DNA of 64,000 nt from an uncultured Thermoplasmata archaeon. GTDB taxonomy: Archaea > Thermoplasmatota > Thermoplasmata > Lutacidiplasmatales > UBA184. Position numbers and translations under genes: made by a program. This document shows, piece by piece, positions 1 through 10,122 of the stretch. Position 1 is the stretch's first letter, and the number at the start of each line of letters is the position of its first letter. The DNA lies in the NCBI GenBank assembly GCA_963730815.1, contig CAVSTD010000003.1, forward strand, positions 37,570-101,569. Reading direction: 5' to 3'. The notes beneath the pieces are model-generated. The model saw nothing but the letters and a program-made list of their open reading frames with translations, did no database searches and was not told where the DNA came from.

Positions 1-1
1 T

Positions 2-526
2 CCGGAGACGACGGCGAGCGAGGCCGTCGAACGGCTGCGACGGCACGGTCGTCGGATCCATCTCGACGCCGGCGACGAGCGACCCGGGGCCAAGTACTAC
101 CGATGGGAACTCCAGGGCGTGCCGGTACGTCTCGAGGTCGGCCGACGCGAAGCGGCCAGCCGCACCTTAACGGCGGTCGACCGGCTGGGGCGGAAACAGC
201 CGGTCTCGCTCGACACGCTCGAACGGGACGTGGATGCCTTCCTCGAAGAGTTCGACCGGGCGCTCTACGACCGCGCTCTCGGGTCGTTCCGCGACGAGTT
301 CCGAGTCGTGAACTCGATCGCGGACCTGAAGGATTTCGAGCACGTGGCGATCGTCGGTTGGTGCGGAGCGGAGGCGTGCGGCCACGCCATCGAGACGGCC
401 GTGGAGGGCGGACTCCTCGGCACCCCGGAGAGCGAGCTTCCGCTCGAGCTCGGGACTCCGGTGACCTGCATCTCCTGCGGCTTGGGGACGGACGTCCGAT
501 GGGCGCTCGCGGGGCGCCCTCTCTGA
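2..526 (+). CDS. proS: Prolyl-tRNA synthetase, C-terminal part (5' truncated by window)
   Basis: Frame from base 2 reads ...HLDAGDERPGAKYYRWELQGVPVRLEVGRRE (anticodon-binding domain), followed by the archaeal/eukaryotic-type C-terminal Zn domain (WCG...C...CISCG). Confidence 0.9.
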   Translation, partial: PETTASEAVERLRRHGRRIHLDAGDERPGAKYYRWELQGVPVRLEVGRREAASRTLTAVDRLGRKQPVSLDTLERDVDAFLEEFDRALYDRALGSFRDEFRVVNSIADLKDFEHVAIVGWCGAEACGHAIETAVEGGLLGTPESELPLELGTPVTCISCGLGTDVRWALAGRPL

Positions 527-538
527 GGTCGAGGGTCC

Positions 539-799
539 TTAGGGGCTCGGCGCGGGCGGGCTCGGCGGATTCGGCAGCACGAGCCACATCCCCGCGAGCC
601 CGAACAGAAGCAGGGTGATCGTCACGGCGTAGACGCCGTTGTCGATCCAGACCCCGAAGGCGACCCCCCACCAGACGTAGAACGCCACCGCCATGACGAC
701 GAGCGAAGCGAATCCCCAGAAGGAAACCCTCCGACTGACCGACATCCCGCGGTAGGGGGCCGACGGGGGAGAAGGCGCCGGGGGCTCCGCGATGGCCAT
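539..799 (-). CDS. Small membrane protein, two TM helices
   Basis: 86 aa with two hydrophobic stretches; fills the gap between flanking genes. Confidence 0.6.
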   Translation of the reverse strand: MAIAEPPAPSPPSAPYRGMSVSRRVSFWGFASLVVMAVAFYVWWGVAFGVWIDNGVYAVTITLLLFGLAGMWLVLPNPPSPPAPSP

Positions 800-918
800 G
801 GTGCGCCGCCGACCTGGGGCGCGTTAGATAACCCTTGCGGGACGATGTCGGTCCGCCCTCGGAGCGACACGGCTTCGGGGCAGGAGTTTAACTCCGACCG
901 GCGGCTAGCACGGGGGCG

Positions 919-2529
919 ATGGCGGAGCAGGCGTCCGGAATGCGCCCGCGAGGCGGTGGGTCGAACCCTGCGCTCGAGACCCTCTCGCCGGAGCAGCTGC
1001 GCATCCTCGCCTACGCGAGCGCCATCGGGTCGGAGTTCGATTTCTCGCTCCTTGTGGGGGCGATGGGGATCGAGGAGGAAGCGCTCGCGGAGGAGCTCGA
1101 GCGCCTCGTCCACCTCGGGGCGCTCACGGAACGAGCCGGGGGCGAGCGGTTCGCGTTCGCGGAAGAGGAGTTCCGGGCGCGCATCTATCGGTCGCTCACC
1201 GAGAGCCGCCTCCGAGTGCTCCACCGCAAGATCGCGATGGTCCTCGAGAAGATGTACCCCGAGCCCCCGCTCCCGGTCCTCGGAGAGCTGGGCCGGCACT
1301 ACTTCCTCGGGAAGATGCCGGCGAAATCCTACGAGTACAACCGGCGGGCCTCCGAAGCCGCGCGCGCCGCGGACGAACCCGAAGTCGCGGCGCATCATCT
1401 CGAGCGTGTGCTCCTCGACTTGGCCGCGTTGCCGGGGAACCGCCGGAAGGAGCAAGCCGAGGTGGCCGAGTCGTTGGGCGACCTCTACTACGCTCTCGGC
1501 CATTTCGGCGACGCGGACCGGCGATTCACCGAGGCCCTCGAGCGGCTCGGGGCGGAATCCCCCCGGGTCCGCGCTCGACTGCTGCTCGCTCGCGGCGAGG
1601 TCGCTCGGGAGAACCTGGATCTCGACACCGCCGTGGAGCGCGGTCTCGAGGCGCAGCGGATCTTCGAGGATGCGGGAGACTGCGTCGGAAGCGCGCAAAC
1701 CCATCGGCTCCTCGGACGGGTCGCCTTCCAACGGGGGGCGTATCGGGATGCGCTCGAAGAGTGCATGCAGGCGCTCGCGCTCGTCGAGAACCTGGACGAA
1801 CCCCGACTGAAGGGCCGCCTCGCGGTCGACATCGGGAACGCCTTCTCCCTCATGGGTCCCGAGGTCCGGGACGTCGCCATCGAATGGTTCGAGCGGGCCG
1901 CGGACCGACTGCTCGGCGTGGGAGACTGGGTCGAGCTCGCCCGGGCGTACCACAATCTCGGCGTCTCGGTCGGCGAGACCCGGCCCCAGGACGGGCTCGA
2001 ATACCTCGAGAAGGCGCAGCAGGCCGGGGAGCGCGCCCACGACGCCCGGGCCACCGGTCGGGCGCTCATCTCCAGTGTCGAACTGCTCATCGCCCTCGGG
2101 CAGATCGAGGAAGCGGAGCGGGACAACGAACAGGTCGGTCGTCTGTTCGAACGCCTGACGGACGAGCTCGGACGCGAGCAGGTGGAGCTCAATCGCGGAT
2201 TGATCGCCGAGCGCCGGGCGCAGTGGGAGGACGCCGAACGGTCCTTCGAGAAGGCGCTCGAAATGTGCCGTCGCTTCCAGCTCCCCGCGGACGAGTCGGA
2301 GGCGGCGTTCTACCTGTCCCGCCTGCGGTACAAAACGCGCGACCTGGAGGGCGCGCGACGCGCCTACGCCGTCGCCGCCGAGCTGGGCCTCCCCGAGCTC
2401 CGACCGCACCTCGCCGGGCCGTTCTTCGACCTCGCCCATCAGCTCGGCCTCCCGCCCCCGCCCGGATCCCCCTCGAACGGTTCGGCGCCCGCCGGGAAGG
2501 CCGACACCGGCGACGGACGAGGATTATAA
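919..2529 (+). CDS. Winged-helix + TPR protein resembling the C-terminal half of a STAND/AAA_16 ATPase, without the ATPase domain
   Basis: ILAYASAIGSEFDF, YRSLTESRLRVLHRK and ELGRHYFLG parallel segments of the next gene; helical TPR-like repeats follow (ARAYHNLG). Confidence 0.8.
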   Translation: MAEQASGMRPRGGGSNPALETLSPEQLRILAYASAIGSEFDFSLLVGAMGIEEEALAEELERLVHLGALTERAGGERFAFAEEEFRARIYRSLTESRLRVLHRKIAMVLEKMYPEPPLPVLGELGRHYFLGKMPAKSYEYNRRASEAARAADEPEVAAHHLERVLLDLAALPGNRRKEQAEVAESLGDLYYALGHFGDADRRFTEALERLGAESPRVRARLLLARGEVARENLDLDTAVERGLEAQRIFEDAGDCVGSAQTHRLLGRVAFQRGAYRDALEECMQALALVENLDEPRLKGRLAVDIGNAFSLMGPEVRDVAIEWFERAADRLLGVGDWVELARAYHNLGVSVGETRPQDGLEYLEKAQQAGERAHDARATGRALISSVELLIALGQIEEAERDNEQVGRLFERLTDELGREQVELNRGLIAERRAQWEDAERSFEKALEMCRRFQLPADESEAAFYLSRLRYKTRDLEGARRAYAVAAELGLPELRPHLAGPFFDLAHQLGLPPPPGSPSNGSAPAGKADTGDGRGL

Positions 2530-2556
2530 GCTTCGAACGGGCTGGATTCCCGCGTG

Positions 2557-4965
2557 ATGGCGTCGCGGGGGTCCCGTGGAACGTCGCCGCCCCCGGTCTT
2601 CGGTCGCGAAGAGACCCTCGAGGCCGCGGGCCGACTCCTCAGCCGAACTCACGGTGGGGAAGGCACCGGGCTGCTCCTCAGTGGACTCGGGGGCGTCGGC
2701 AAGACCCAGATCCTGAACGCCATCGTGGACCAGGCGGGGAAGAAAGGGTTCACGGTCCTCACGGGACGCGCGCTTCCCGAAGAACTCCCGCCCGCGTTCT
2801 CGCTGTTGCGCGAACTCATCGCGTCGGAACGAACGCAGGGAGCCGGCACGCGGGCCCCGCTGTGGACTCCCACCGGGTCTCCGCTCCTCATTCCTTCCCT
2901 CCCCGAGCATGCCGGTGGGTCGATGGCGGAGGCCGACGGCACGACGAGCGCTCGGGTCGACGACTTCGAGAGAGTCCTCGCACCGCTCGTTCTGGCCGAA
3001 GGATTGGGCGCGGGCCGGGACGAGCTGTTCGCGCGGCTCGAACGGTACCTGCTCGACCGGGCGCGCGAGCGCCCGCTGCTGATCGCCGTCGACGACCTCC
3101 ACTTTGCCGATACCTCGACGCTCGAGTTCTTCCGCCGGTTTGCGAGCGAGCTCCCCAAATCCCCGATCGCGGTCGCGGCCACCCTGGCCGAATCCGCCGA
3201 CGTGCCCGAGCGTACCCGCGATGTGATCGAGGCGATCTCCGCCGCGCCGAGCTTCCTCACGATCCCGATCCGACCGTTGAGCGTTCCCGAGACCGAGGAC
3301 TTCGTCCGCTGGATCCTGGGCGGTCGCATACCGGCCCGGGATGACGTCCGACGCTGGCACGCCCAGACCGACGGCAACCCCCTGTTCCTCGAGCAACTGG
3401 TCCGAATCGCCACCGGATACGGCCCTCCGGCGAGCGAGTCCGGAGGGACCGGACAGGGGGTGACGGAGATGCTCCTCGCCCGCGTCGCGGCGCTGGGCGA
3501 CCGGGAGCGTCGGGTGCTCACGTACGCCGCGGTGCTCGGTAAAGAGTTCCATTTCGCCAACCTCTCCGCGGTCGCCGGCAGCGGGGAGGAGCGCGTGACC
3601 GAGAGCCTCGACCGGCTCGTCCACGACGGGCTCGTCCGGGAAAAAGGCGGGGAGGTCTACGAGTTCGTGAGCGAATCGGTTCGCCGGGACCTCTACGCGG
3701 GCCTCACGGAGACCCGCCGGCGGATCCTCCACGCCAGGGCCGGCCGCGCGCTCGAGGGGTCGCCCGGTTCGAGCGATTCCGAGCTCGCCCGCCATTTCTA
3801 CCTCGGCCGGGACGACCCGAAGGCACTCGACTTCAATTTCAAAGCCGCCCACGCGGCGACCCGCGATTTCGCCTTCGAAACGGCGAGCGTCCATATCGCG
3901 CGGGCGCTCGAGGCCCAACGGCGCCTCCCCACCCGCGACCCGCGCATGGAGATCCGCCTCCTGACCGAACAAGGACGGCTCCTCGAGGAGCTCGGAGTGA
4001 TTCCGCGCTCGGACGAACTCCTGACCGAGGCGGTCAACCTGGCCCGGAGCCAGGAGGGTGCCGACCTCGAGCTCGGGCGCGCGCTCCTCGGGCTCGCTCA
4101 GACGCGTCTCGGCCGGAGCGATTACGAGTCCGCGGCGGCCCTGGCTTCCGAAGCGCTGGGCCGGCTTCAGAAAGGGGGGACGCCGCGGGACCTTATGGCC
4201 GGCCATCGAGTCCTCGGCATGGTCGCCTGGCGCCGGGGGGATTTCGCGGAAGCCGAGGGCCATCAACGGGCGGCGTTGCAGATCGCCGAGCGCGAGGGAA
4301 CTCCCCTCGAGCACGGCCACGCCCTCGTCGACGTCGCGAACACGCTCGTCCCGGTCGGCGCCACCCGGATCGACCCCGCCCTCGAACTCTACAAGGAAGC
4401 CGCTCGGTTGTTCGAGAGCGCCGGGGATTTCGGCGCCCGCGCCCGGGTGCTGATGAACCAGGCGGTGATGGAGTACCATACGGGTCGACCGGAGGACGCG
4501 ATCCGGGACCTCACGACCGCGATCGAATCCGCCGACCGCTCTCGCTCCCCGATCTGGATCGGCTACTGCAACCTGAACCTCGCCCAGTGGCACGCGGAGC
4601 GCGGGCACCCCGAGCTGGCGCGGCCGTCGCTCGCCCGGGCGAGCGCCGCGCTCGGGCCGATTGGGGACCGACTCGGCATGCAGCAGATCGGGATGATCGA
4701 AGGGATCATCGCCGAGGCCGACCGGGACTACCCCGCGGCCGAGGCGCACTACCAGGTCGCGCTCACGCAGGCGCGGGACTTGGGCGTCGCGGCCGAAGTT
4801 TCGGAGATGCTCTTCCGGCTGGCTCACCTCGCTGTGGAGCGGGGCGAACGGGACCAGGCGCGCCGCTGGCTCACCGAAGCTCGGGCGAGCGGGCTCGCGA
4901 ACTTCCGGCCGGATTTCGCGCAGCGGTTGGAACAGCTCGAAAAGGCGATCGCGACCGAAGCGTGA
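2557..4965 (+). CDS. STAND-like AAA_16 ATPase with winged-helix and TPR repeats
   Basis: VFGREE, Walker A GLGGVGKT, Walker B LLIAVDDLH, TDGNPLFLEQL (GxP) motif, TPR-like C-terminus. Confidence 0.85.
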   Translation: MASRGSRGTSPPPVFGREETLEAAGRLLSRTHGGEGTGLLLSGLGGVGKTQILNAIVDQAGKKGFTVLTGRALPEELPPAFSLLRELIASERTQGAGTRAPLWTPTGSPLLIPSLPEHAGGSMAEADGTTSARVDDFERVLAPLVLAEGLGAGRDELFARLERYLLDRARERPLLIAVDDLHFADTSTLEFFRRFASELPKSPIAVAATLAESADVPERTRDVIEAISAAPSFLTIPIRPLSVPETEDFVRWILGGRIPARDDVRRWHAQTDGNPLFLEQLVRIATGYGPPASESGGTGQGVTEMLLARVAALGDRERRVLTYAAVLGKEFHFANLSAVAGSGEERVTESLDRLVHDGLVREKGGEVYEFVSESVRRDLYAGLTETRRRILHARAGRALEGSPGSSDSELARHFYLGRDDPKALDFNFKAAHAATRDFAFETASVHIARALEAQRRLPTRDPRMEIRLLTEQGRLLEELGVIPRSDELLTEAVNLARSQEGADLELGRALLGLAQTRLGRSDYESAAALASEALGRLQKGGTPRDLMAGHRVLGMVAWRRGDFAEAEGHQRAALQIAEREGTPLEHGHALVDVANTLVPVGATRIDPALELYKEAARLFESAGDFGARARVLMNQAVMEYHTGRPEDAIRDLTTAIESADRSRSPIWIGYCNLNLAQWHAERGHPELARPSLARASAALGPIGDRLGMQQIGMIEGIIAEADRDYPAAEAHYQVALTQARDLGVAAEVSEMLFRLAHLAVERGERDQARRWLTEARASGLANFRPDFAQRLEQLEKAIATEA

Positions 4966-4976
4966 CCCCCACCGTT

Positions 4977-5798
4977 ATGGCGCGTCCTCGGGTGGGCGGC
5001 CCGATGGCGCCCCCGGAAGCGGACGGCCCCCGCGCGTCGGACGGCTCCCCGCTTCCCGACCGGTCGCTCCCGAGCTTCGAGCGGGACGTGCGCCGGATGT
5101 TCACGCACATCGCCCAGGGGTACGAGTGGTTCGACCACGTCGCGTCGCTCGGCAACGACCTTCTCTGGCGACCGAGAGCGCTCTGGGACCTGGACCGTTT
5201 CCGAAGCCGGGGCCCGTTGCGCCGGGTCCTCGACCTCGGATGCGGGACCGGGGAGCTCGCCCGCCTACTCGCCCGGCACTACGGCGGCGCCCGGGTGGTC
5301 GGAGCCGATTTCACCCGAGCGATGCTCACGAACGCTGCCGGTTCGTCCGCCGGCCGACCCGAAACCCCCCGCCTCGAGTTCGCGCGGGCGACCGCCCTTC
5401 GGCTGCCGTTCGCGGACGGGTCGTTCGACCTCGTGACGAACGCGTTCGTCGCCCGCAACCTCTCCGACCTCTCCGCCGCCTTCCGGGAGGTGCACCGGGT
5501 ACTCCGGCCGGGAGGGGTCTTCCTGACGCTCGAGATCACCGAGCCCGCCTCGTCCGCCATCAACCGCTTCTTCCACGCGTATTTCGACCGCGTGGTTCCG
5601 TGGTTGGGGGGTGCCGTGGGCAGCGCCGGACCGTATCGCTACCTTCCGCAGTCGCTGCGCTCGCTACCGAACCGGGCCGCGTTTCTCGCCCTGCTTTCCC
5701 AGAATGGGTTCGGGCGCGCGACCGCCCGAATTCAGTCCGGGGGCATCGTCACGACGTTCCTCGCCGAGGTGGGCGACGTTTCCCACCAAAGGCGTTAA
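4977..5798 (+). CDS. menG: UbiE/MenG family quinone C-methyltransferase
   Basis: VRRMFTHIAQGYEWFDHVASLGNDLLWR, VLDLGCGTG, LPFADGSFD, YRYLPQSL; start at 4977 or 5004. Confidence 0.8.
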   Translation: MARPRVGGPMAPPEADGPRASDGSPLPDRSLPSFERDVRRMFTHIAQGYEWFDHVASLGNDLLWRPRALWDLDRFRSRGPLRRVLDLGCGTGELARLLARHYGGARVVGADFTRAMLTNAAGSSAGRPETPRLEFARATALRLPFADGSFDLVTNAFVARNLSDLSAAFREVHRVLRPGGVFLTLEITEPASSAINRFFHAYFDRVVPWLGGAVGSAGPYRYLPQSLRSLPNRAAFLALLSQNGFGRATARIQSGGIVTTFLAEVGDVSHQRR

Positions 5799-5822
5799 GC
5801 CCGCGGTTCCGGTCGCGCGGCC

Positions 5823-6950
5823 GTGTCGACCCCGGCTTCCGATGCGTTCCTGTACGCTCACGCGCATCACGACGAGATCGCCTGGCTGAGCCAGAACACG
5901 AATCACCTCGTCCCGCCGGAGGTCATCCGCTCCGCGCTCGAGAAGACGATCCGCGAACGACGGTACGAAGGCTACCCGCTGGCGACCGGGGACCCCGAGC
6001 TCCTCGAAGCGATCACGAAGGATTTCGGCACCACCGGGCTCACCCCGTTCCTTACCGGCGGCGGGACCGAGGCGCTCTACATGACCGCCCGCGCCCTCCT
6101 CGCGGCCGGGGACGAGGTCATCGCCTCCGACCCGAGCTACCTCATCATCCACCGGTTCGTCGAGCTCAGCGGAGCCACCACGAAGAACCTCGACATCTAC
6201 GCTCCTCCCTACCGACTCACCGCGGACCGGGTCCGGGAGGCGGTCGGTCCACGCACCCGGATGATCCTGCTGATCGACCCGCTCAACCCGCTCGGTTCGG
6301 GATACCCCCGCGAGGAGGTCCGGGCGATCGCCGAGATCGCGCACGACCATCACCTCGTTCTTCTCAATGACGTCACGTACCGGGATTTCTCGGAAGGCCA
6401 TGCGCTCGCCGCCGAGTTCGCTCCCGAGGAGACCGTGACCGTCTGGTCGGTCTCGAAGAACTGCGGGCTCGCCGGCCTTCGGCTGGGGGGTTTGCTCGCG
6501 CGAGCGGACCTTCTCAAAACGATCACGCGCTTCAATACGAACGACCTCGGGGTCAACGTGCTCTCGCAGGCCGCGGCGCTCGCCGCGCTCCGCTCGAAAT
6601 CGCAGTGGATCGACGGCGTGGTCCGGCAGACGAAAGCGAACGGCGCGCGGGTGCGCGACGTCGCGGCCGGCGTCCCGGGAACCTCCCTGCCGGTCTATCC
6701 CTCGCGGGCGAACATGATGGTCATCGACATCGCTTCGACCGGGGCAAAGCCCGAGGCGGTCCAGGAGGAGATGCTGCGCCGCCACGGCGTCTTCGTCCGC
6801 GCCGGCAACTACCTTTCCCCGAAACACGGTGGACGGTTCGTCCGGGTCTCCTTCTCGAACCCGCCGTCGGATATCGAGCGATTCGCCACCGCCTTCCCGG
6901 CGGCGATGAAGACGCTCGCTTCGCCCACGCTGACGCCTCGGACCGCTTAG
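5823..6950 (+). CDS. PLP-dependent aminotransferase, class I/II
   Basis: GGGTEAL, DPLNPLG, NDVTY, SVSKNCGLAGLRLG (PLP lysine), FVRVSF. Confidence 0.9.
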   Translation: MSTPASDAFLYAHAHHDEIAWLSQNTNHLVPPEVIRSALEKTIRERRYEGYPLATGDPELLEAITKDFGTTGLTPFLTGGGTEALYMTARALLAAGDEVIASDPSYLIIHRFVELSGATTKNLDIYAPPYRLTADRVREAVGPRTRMILLIDPLNPLGSGYPREEVRAIAEIAHDHHLVLLNDVTYRDFSEGHALAAEFAPEETVTVWSVSKNCGLAGLRLGGLLARADLLKTITRFNTNDLGVNVLSQAAALAALRSKSQWIDGVVRQTKANGARVRDVAAGVPGTSLPVYPSRANMMVIDIASTGAKPEAVQEEMLRRHGVFVRAGNYLSPKHGGRFVRVSFSNPPSDIERFATAFPAAMKTLASPTLTPRTA

Positions 6951-7827
6951 CGCGGGCCGAGGTGCACGTCGACTACGACGTGATTTCGACCCGGACCGTA
7001 CGGCTTCACGACCCGGACCGGGCTCGCGCCGGCGGGCCGTGACCCGCCCGCTACGACCGAAGCATCCACGCTCGCCGCGGTCTCGCCGGGGGGCGATCCG
7101 AACATCCTCCACGGTGTGAACGTGCAGCCAACCGCCGGCCGCTCGCACGAGCGACACGGCGCGGGGCACCCAGGGGGTCGCGCTCGGGAGGTAGCCCAGG
7201 AAGACGCGGTCGAAGGTGCCTTCGGGCAAGGGGACGCGACGGTTGTCGCCCGGAACGACGGTGATCCGATCCGCTACCCCATTCAACGTCGCGTTCTCCC
7301 GGAGGTAGCGTACCGAGACCGGATTTTTTTCGACCGCCCAGACGCAGCTCGCCCGACCGGGGAGGGCCGCGGGGATCGCGAAGTAGCCAATTCCGGCAAA
7401 GAGGTCGGCGACGAATTCTCCCGAGCGAACCAGCTGCCCCGCGCGGAGCCGCTCGGCCTTGTTTCCCGCGGCGAACATGACCCGAGCCGCGTCGAAATCG
7501 CCAGCGCACGCCGTGCTCGACGACCTCGGTCTCGGTCGTCTCCCCCGCCACTCGGAGAACGCGCGGCGTACGTAGCTCTCCTTCGACAGGTCCGGACTTG
7601 ACGAGGACCGTTTCGACCCCGAGCTCCTCGCACCAGGCGGTCCCGAGGAGCGCATCGAACGGCGCGAGCGCCTCGGGTCGTTGAAGGACGAGGACCCTTC
7701 CGAACCGATGGTAGCCGGACGGCATCGTCGCCGCCAGGCGACCGCCCGCCACGTCGGCGAGTCGGAGTCGGACCCGCTCGGCGGGAGGTTGACGAAGCGG
7801 ACCCTCGGACCGGGAGGGCCGCGTCAC
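6947..7827 (-). CDS. Trm5/Taw2 (TYW2)-family tRNA SAM-dependent transferase, split by two +1 frameshifts
   Basis: VEGELRTP...EHGVRWR|FDAARVMFAAGNKAER, DLFAGIGYF, VEKNP; third frame ends VKPYGPGRNHVVVDVHLGPR*. Extra bases at 7495-7497 (A3) and 7088-7093 (G6). Confidence 0.8.
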
Positions 7828-8579
7828 GGGGTCGGTTCGTCCGGCCCCTTCTCAAGGACCATCTCGAGGAACTGCTTGAGGTGGGCGATCAGGATCGGGT
7901 TGTCGGTGAAGCCGCACGCCTCGAGGCCGGGCGCGGCGAGCAGCGCGTGAGCGCCGTCCGAGAGCGCTTCGGTCGCGCGAAGGTTCTCGCGCTGGACGAA
8001 TTCGACGCCTTCGGGAATCCGCTGGAGAGGGGTCGTGATGAACGTCACGCGGACGCCGCGCTTCACGGCGTGCTGGATCTTCTTCCCGAGCTCGTCCCGT
8101 AGGTCGGCGAGCTGGGGGGTGGTGAGGATGAACGCCTCGGTCGACTGGTCGAGGAGCTCGCCGATCTTCTGGAGGACCTTCTCCCGACCCGAGAGCAGGT
8201 AGACGAGCTGCGGTTCGCCGTGCTCGGCGACGACGCGATGGAGCATCGCGAGCTTCTCGAACACCTCCTGGATCGCGGTCTTCAACGTCTCGGCCACGTC
8301 GAGCGGAGGCGTCGGTCGGAACAGGATCGGCTTGCCTCCCGTGGGGGTGGCGTATCCCTTTTCGGCGAGCGACTCGAGGACCTTGTAGGCGCTCGTCCGG
8401 GGGATTCCCGCGGCCGTGGCGAGCGTCGCGGCATCCCCGAGGCCCCGCGCCACGAGCGCGATGTAGGCTCGGGCCTCGTACTGGGTGAGCCCGACCTTGC
8501 CGAGCACCTCGGCGGCCTTGCGGAACTCGTCCGAGGTCTGGTTGCCGAGAGCGACGGCCGTCTCTTCGATGGTCGCCAT
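7824..8579 (-). CDS. TrmB-family transcriptional regulator
   Basis: GLTQYEARAYIAL, GIPRTSAYKVLESLAEKG HTH, plus a C-terminal effector domain. Confidence 0.9.
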   Translation of the reverse strand: MATIEETAVALGNQTSDEFRKAAEVLGKVGLTQYEARAYIALVARGLGDAATLATAAGIPRTSAYKVLESLAEKGYATPTGGKPILFRPTPPLDVAETLKTAIQEVFEKLAMLHRVVAEHGEPQLVYLLSGREKVLQKIGELLDQSTEAFILTTPQLADLRDELGKKIQHAVKRGVRVTFITTPLQRIPEGVEFVQRENLRATEALSDGAHALLAAPGLEACGFTDNPILIAHLKQFLEMVLEKGPDEPTP

Positions 8580-8635
8580 CGCGTCCGCTTGAGGAGAGAA
8601 TCGGGGGACTTAACCCGGCGGGTGGCGCGACGGTC

Positions 8636-10036
8636 CTATCGGACCGGCTCGGTGAGCTTGAGGAGAGCCGCTTCGCCGAGGAGGGCATCGACCTCTTCTC
8701 GGGTGAGGAGTCCGCGTTCGACCAGGAGCTCCTTCACGGGCCTCTGCGCACGTTCGGCCTCGTGGAGGATCTCCGCGACCTTGAGGTAGCCGAGGCGCGG
8801 CGTGAGCACGGTCGCAAGCGCCGCCGATTCGACCAGGTACCGGTCGAGTCGCAGGCGGTTCGCCGTGATGCCGTCGACGCACGAGCGGGCGAAGACCGGC
8901 AGATAGTGCGTGAGGATCTCGGAAGCGAAGAGAACCTCGTAGGCCGCGAGCGGCATCATCACGTTGATCTCGAGCTGGCCGGCCTGAACCGCGAGCGCGG
9001 TCGCGGTGTCGGCGCCGATCACATGGAAAGCGACCATGTTGAGACACTCGGCGGCCGAGGGGTTCACCTTCGCGGGCATGATCGACGACCCCGGCTGGAT
9101 CTCGGGAAGGCGGATCTCGTCGAAGCCGGTCGCCGGTCCGCTCGAGAGCAATCGCAGGTCGTTCGCGACCCGGACGAGCTCGAGCGCAAGGGTCCGGAGC
9201 CAGGCCGAGGCCGCCCCGAGCGGCCAGCGGCTCTGCATCGTCTCGAACGGGTCCCGGGCGGCACGGAGCGGGAGGTTGGTCAGACGAGCGTACTCCTCGA
9301 CGGCGCGCTTCCGGAACCCGACCACCGAGTTTACCCCGCTTCCAACCGCGCTGCCCCCGAGAGGAATCTCGGCGAGAGCGGTCTCCACGCTCGGGAGCGT
9401 TTCGAGAATGCGTTCGAGGGCGACGGAGTAGGCGCGAATCTCGGCGCCCAGAGTCACCGGCATCGCATCCTTGAGATGCGTGCGACCGGCTTTGGGGAGA
9501 CGCGCGAACTCCTCCCCCTTCCCGCGGAGACTCTCGATCAGCGTGGTCACGGACGCGCGGAGCTCGCGAAGAGCGAGGAGTGCCGCTACCTGGGCGGCGC
9601 TCGGATACGTGTCGTTCGTCGACTGGCCGCGGTTCACGTGGTCGTTGGGACTGATGTACTCGTAGTCGCCGCGCGGTTTCCCGACGATCTCGAGGGAACG
9701 GTTCGCCAGCACCTCGTTCACGTTCATGTGGAACGACGTGCCGGCGCCGGCCTGGAACACGTCCACGACGAACTCGGCATCGAAGCGCCCCGAGGCCATC
9801 TCCTCGGCCGCTTGGGCGATGACGCGCCCTCGCTCGGCGTCGAGACCGCCCTTCTCGACGTTCGCGCGGACGCACGCGAGCTTCAGGAGGGCGTACGCTC
9901 GGATGAGATGCGGTGAGGATCGGAGGCCGCTTACCGGGAAGTTCTCGCGGGCCCGAAGCGTCTGGATCCCCCAGTACGCCGTTTCGGGAACCTCCCGCGT
10001 GCCGAGCGAATCCTTCTCCTGACGCGGCGGTGCCAT
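8636..10036 (-). CDS. Aspartate ammonia-lyase / class II fumarase
   Basis: EKDSLG, YWGIQTLRA, QAGAGTSFHMNVNEV, PNDHVNRGQSTND, GRTHLKDA, GSSIMPAKVNP signature. Confidence 0.92.
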   Translation of the reverse strand: MAPPRQEKDSLGTREVPETAYWGIQTLRARENFPVSGLRSSPHLIRAYALLKLACVRANVEKGGLDAERGRVIAQAAEEMASGRFDAEFVVDVFQAGAGTSFHMNVNEVLANRSLEIVGKPRGDYEYISPNDHVNRGQSTNDTYPSAAQVAALLALRELRASVTTLIESLRGKGEEFARLPKAGRTHLKDAMPVTLGAEIRAYSVALERILETLPSVETALAEIPLGGSAVGSGVNSVVGFRKRAVEEYARLTNLPLRAARDPFETMQSRWPLGAASAWLRTLALELVRVANDLRLLSSGPATGFDEIRLPEIQPGSSIMPAKVNPSAAECLNMVAFHVIGADTATALAVQAGQLEINVMMPLAAYEVLFASEILTHYLPVFARSCVDGITANRLRLDRYLVESAALATVLTPRLGYLKVAEILHEAERAQRPVKELLVERGLLTREEVDALLGEAALLKLTEPVR

Positions 10037-10122
10037 GGGGGCACGATGCGGGACCCGCGACAAAACGTTTAGGCCCCCTCGGTCCCTCGGCCCTTCCCTC
10101 CCGAGAGGAGCGAGCCGGCACC

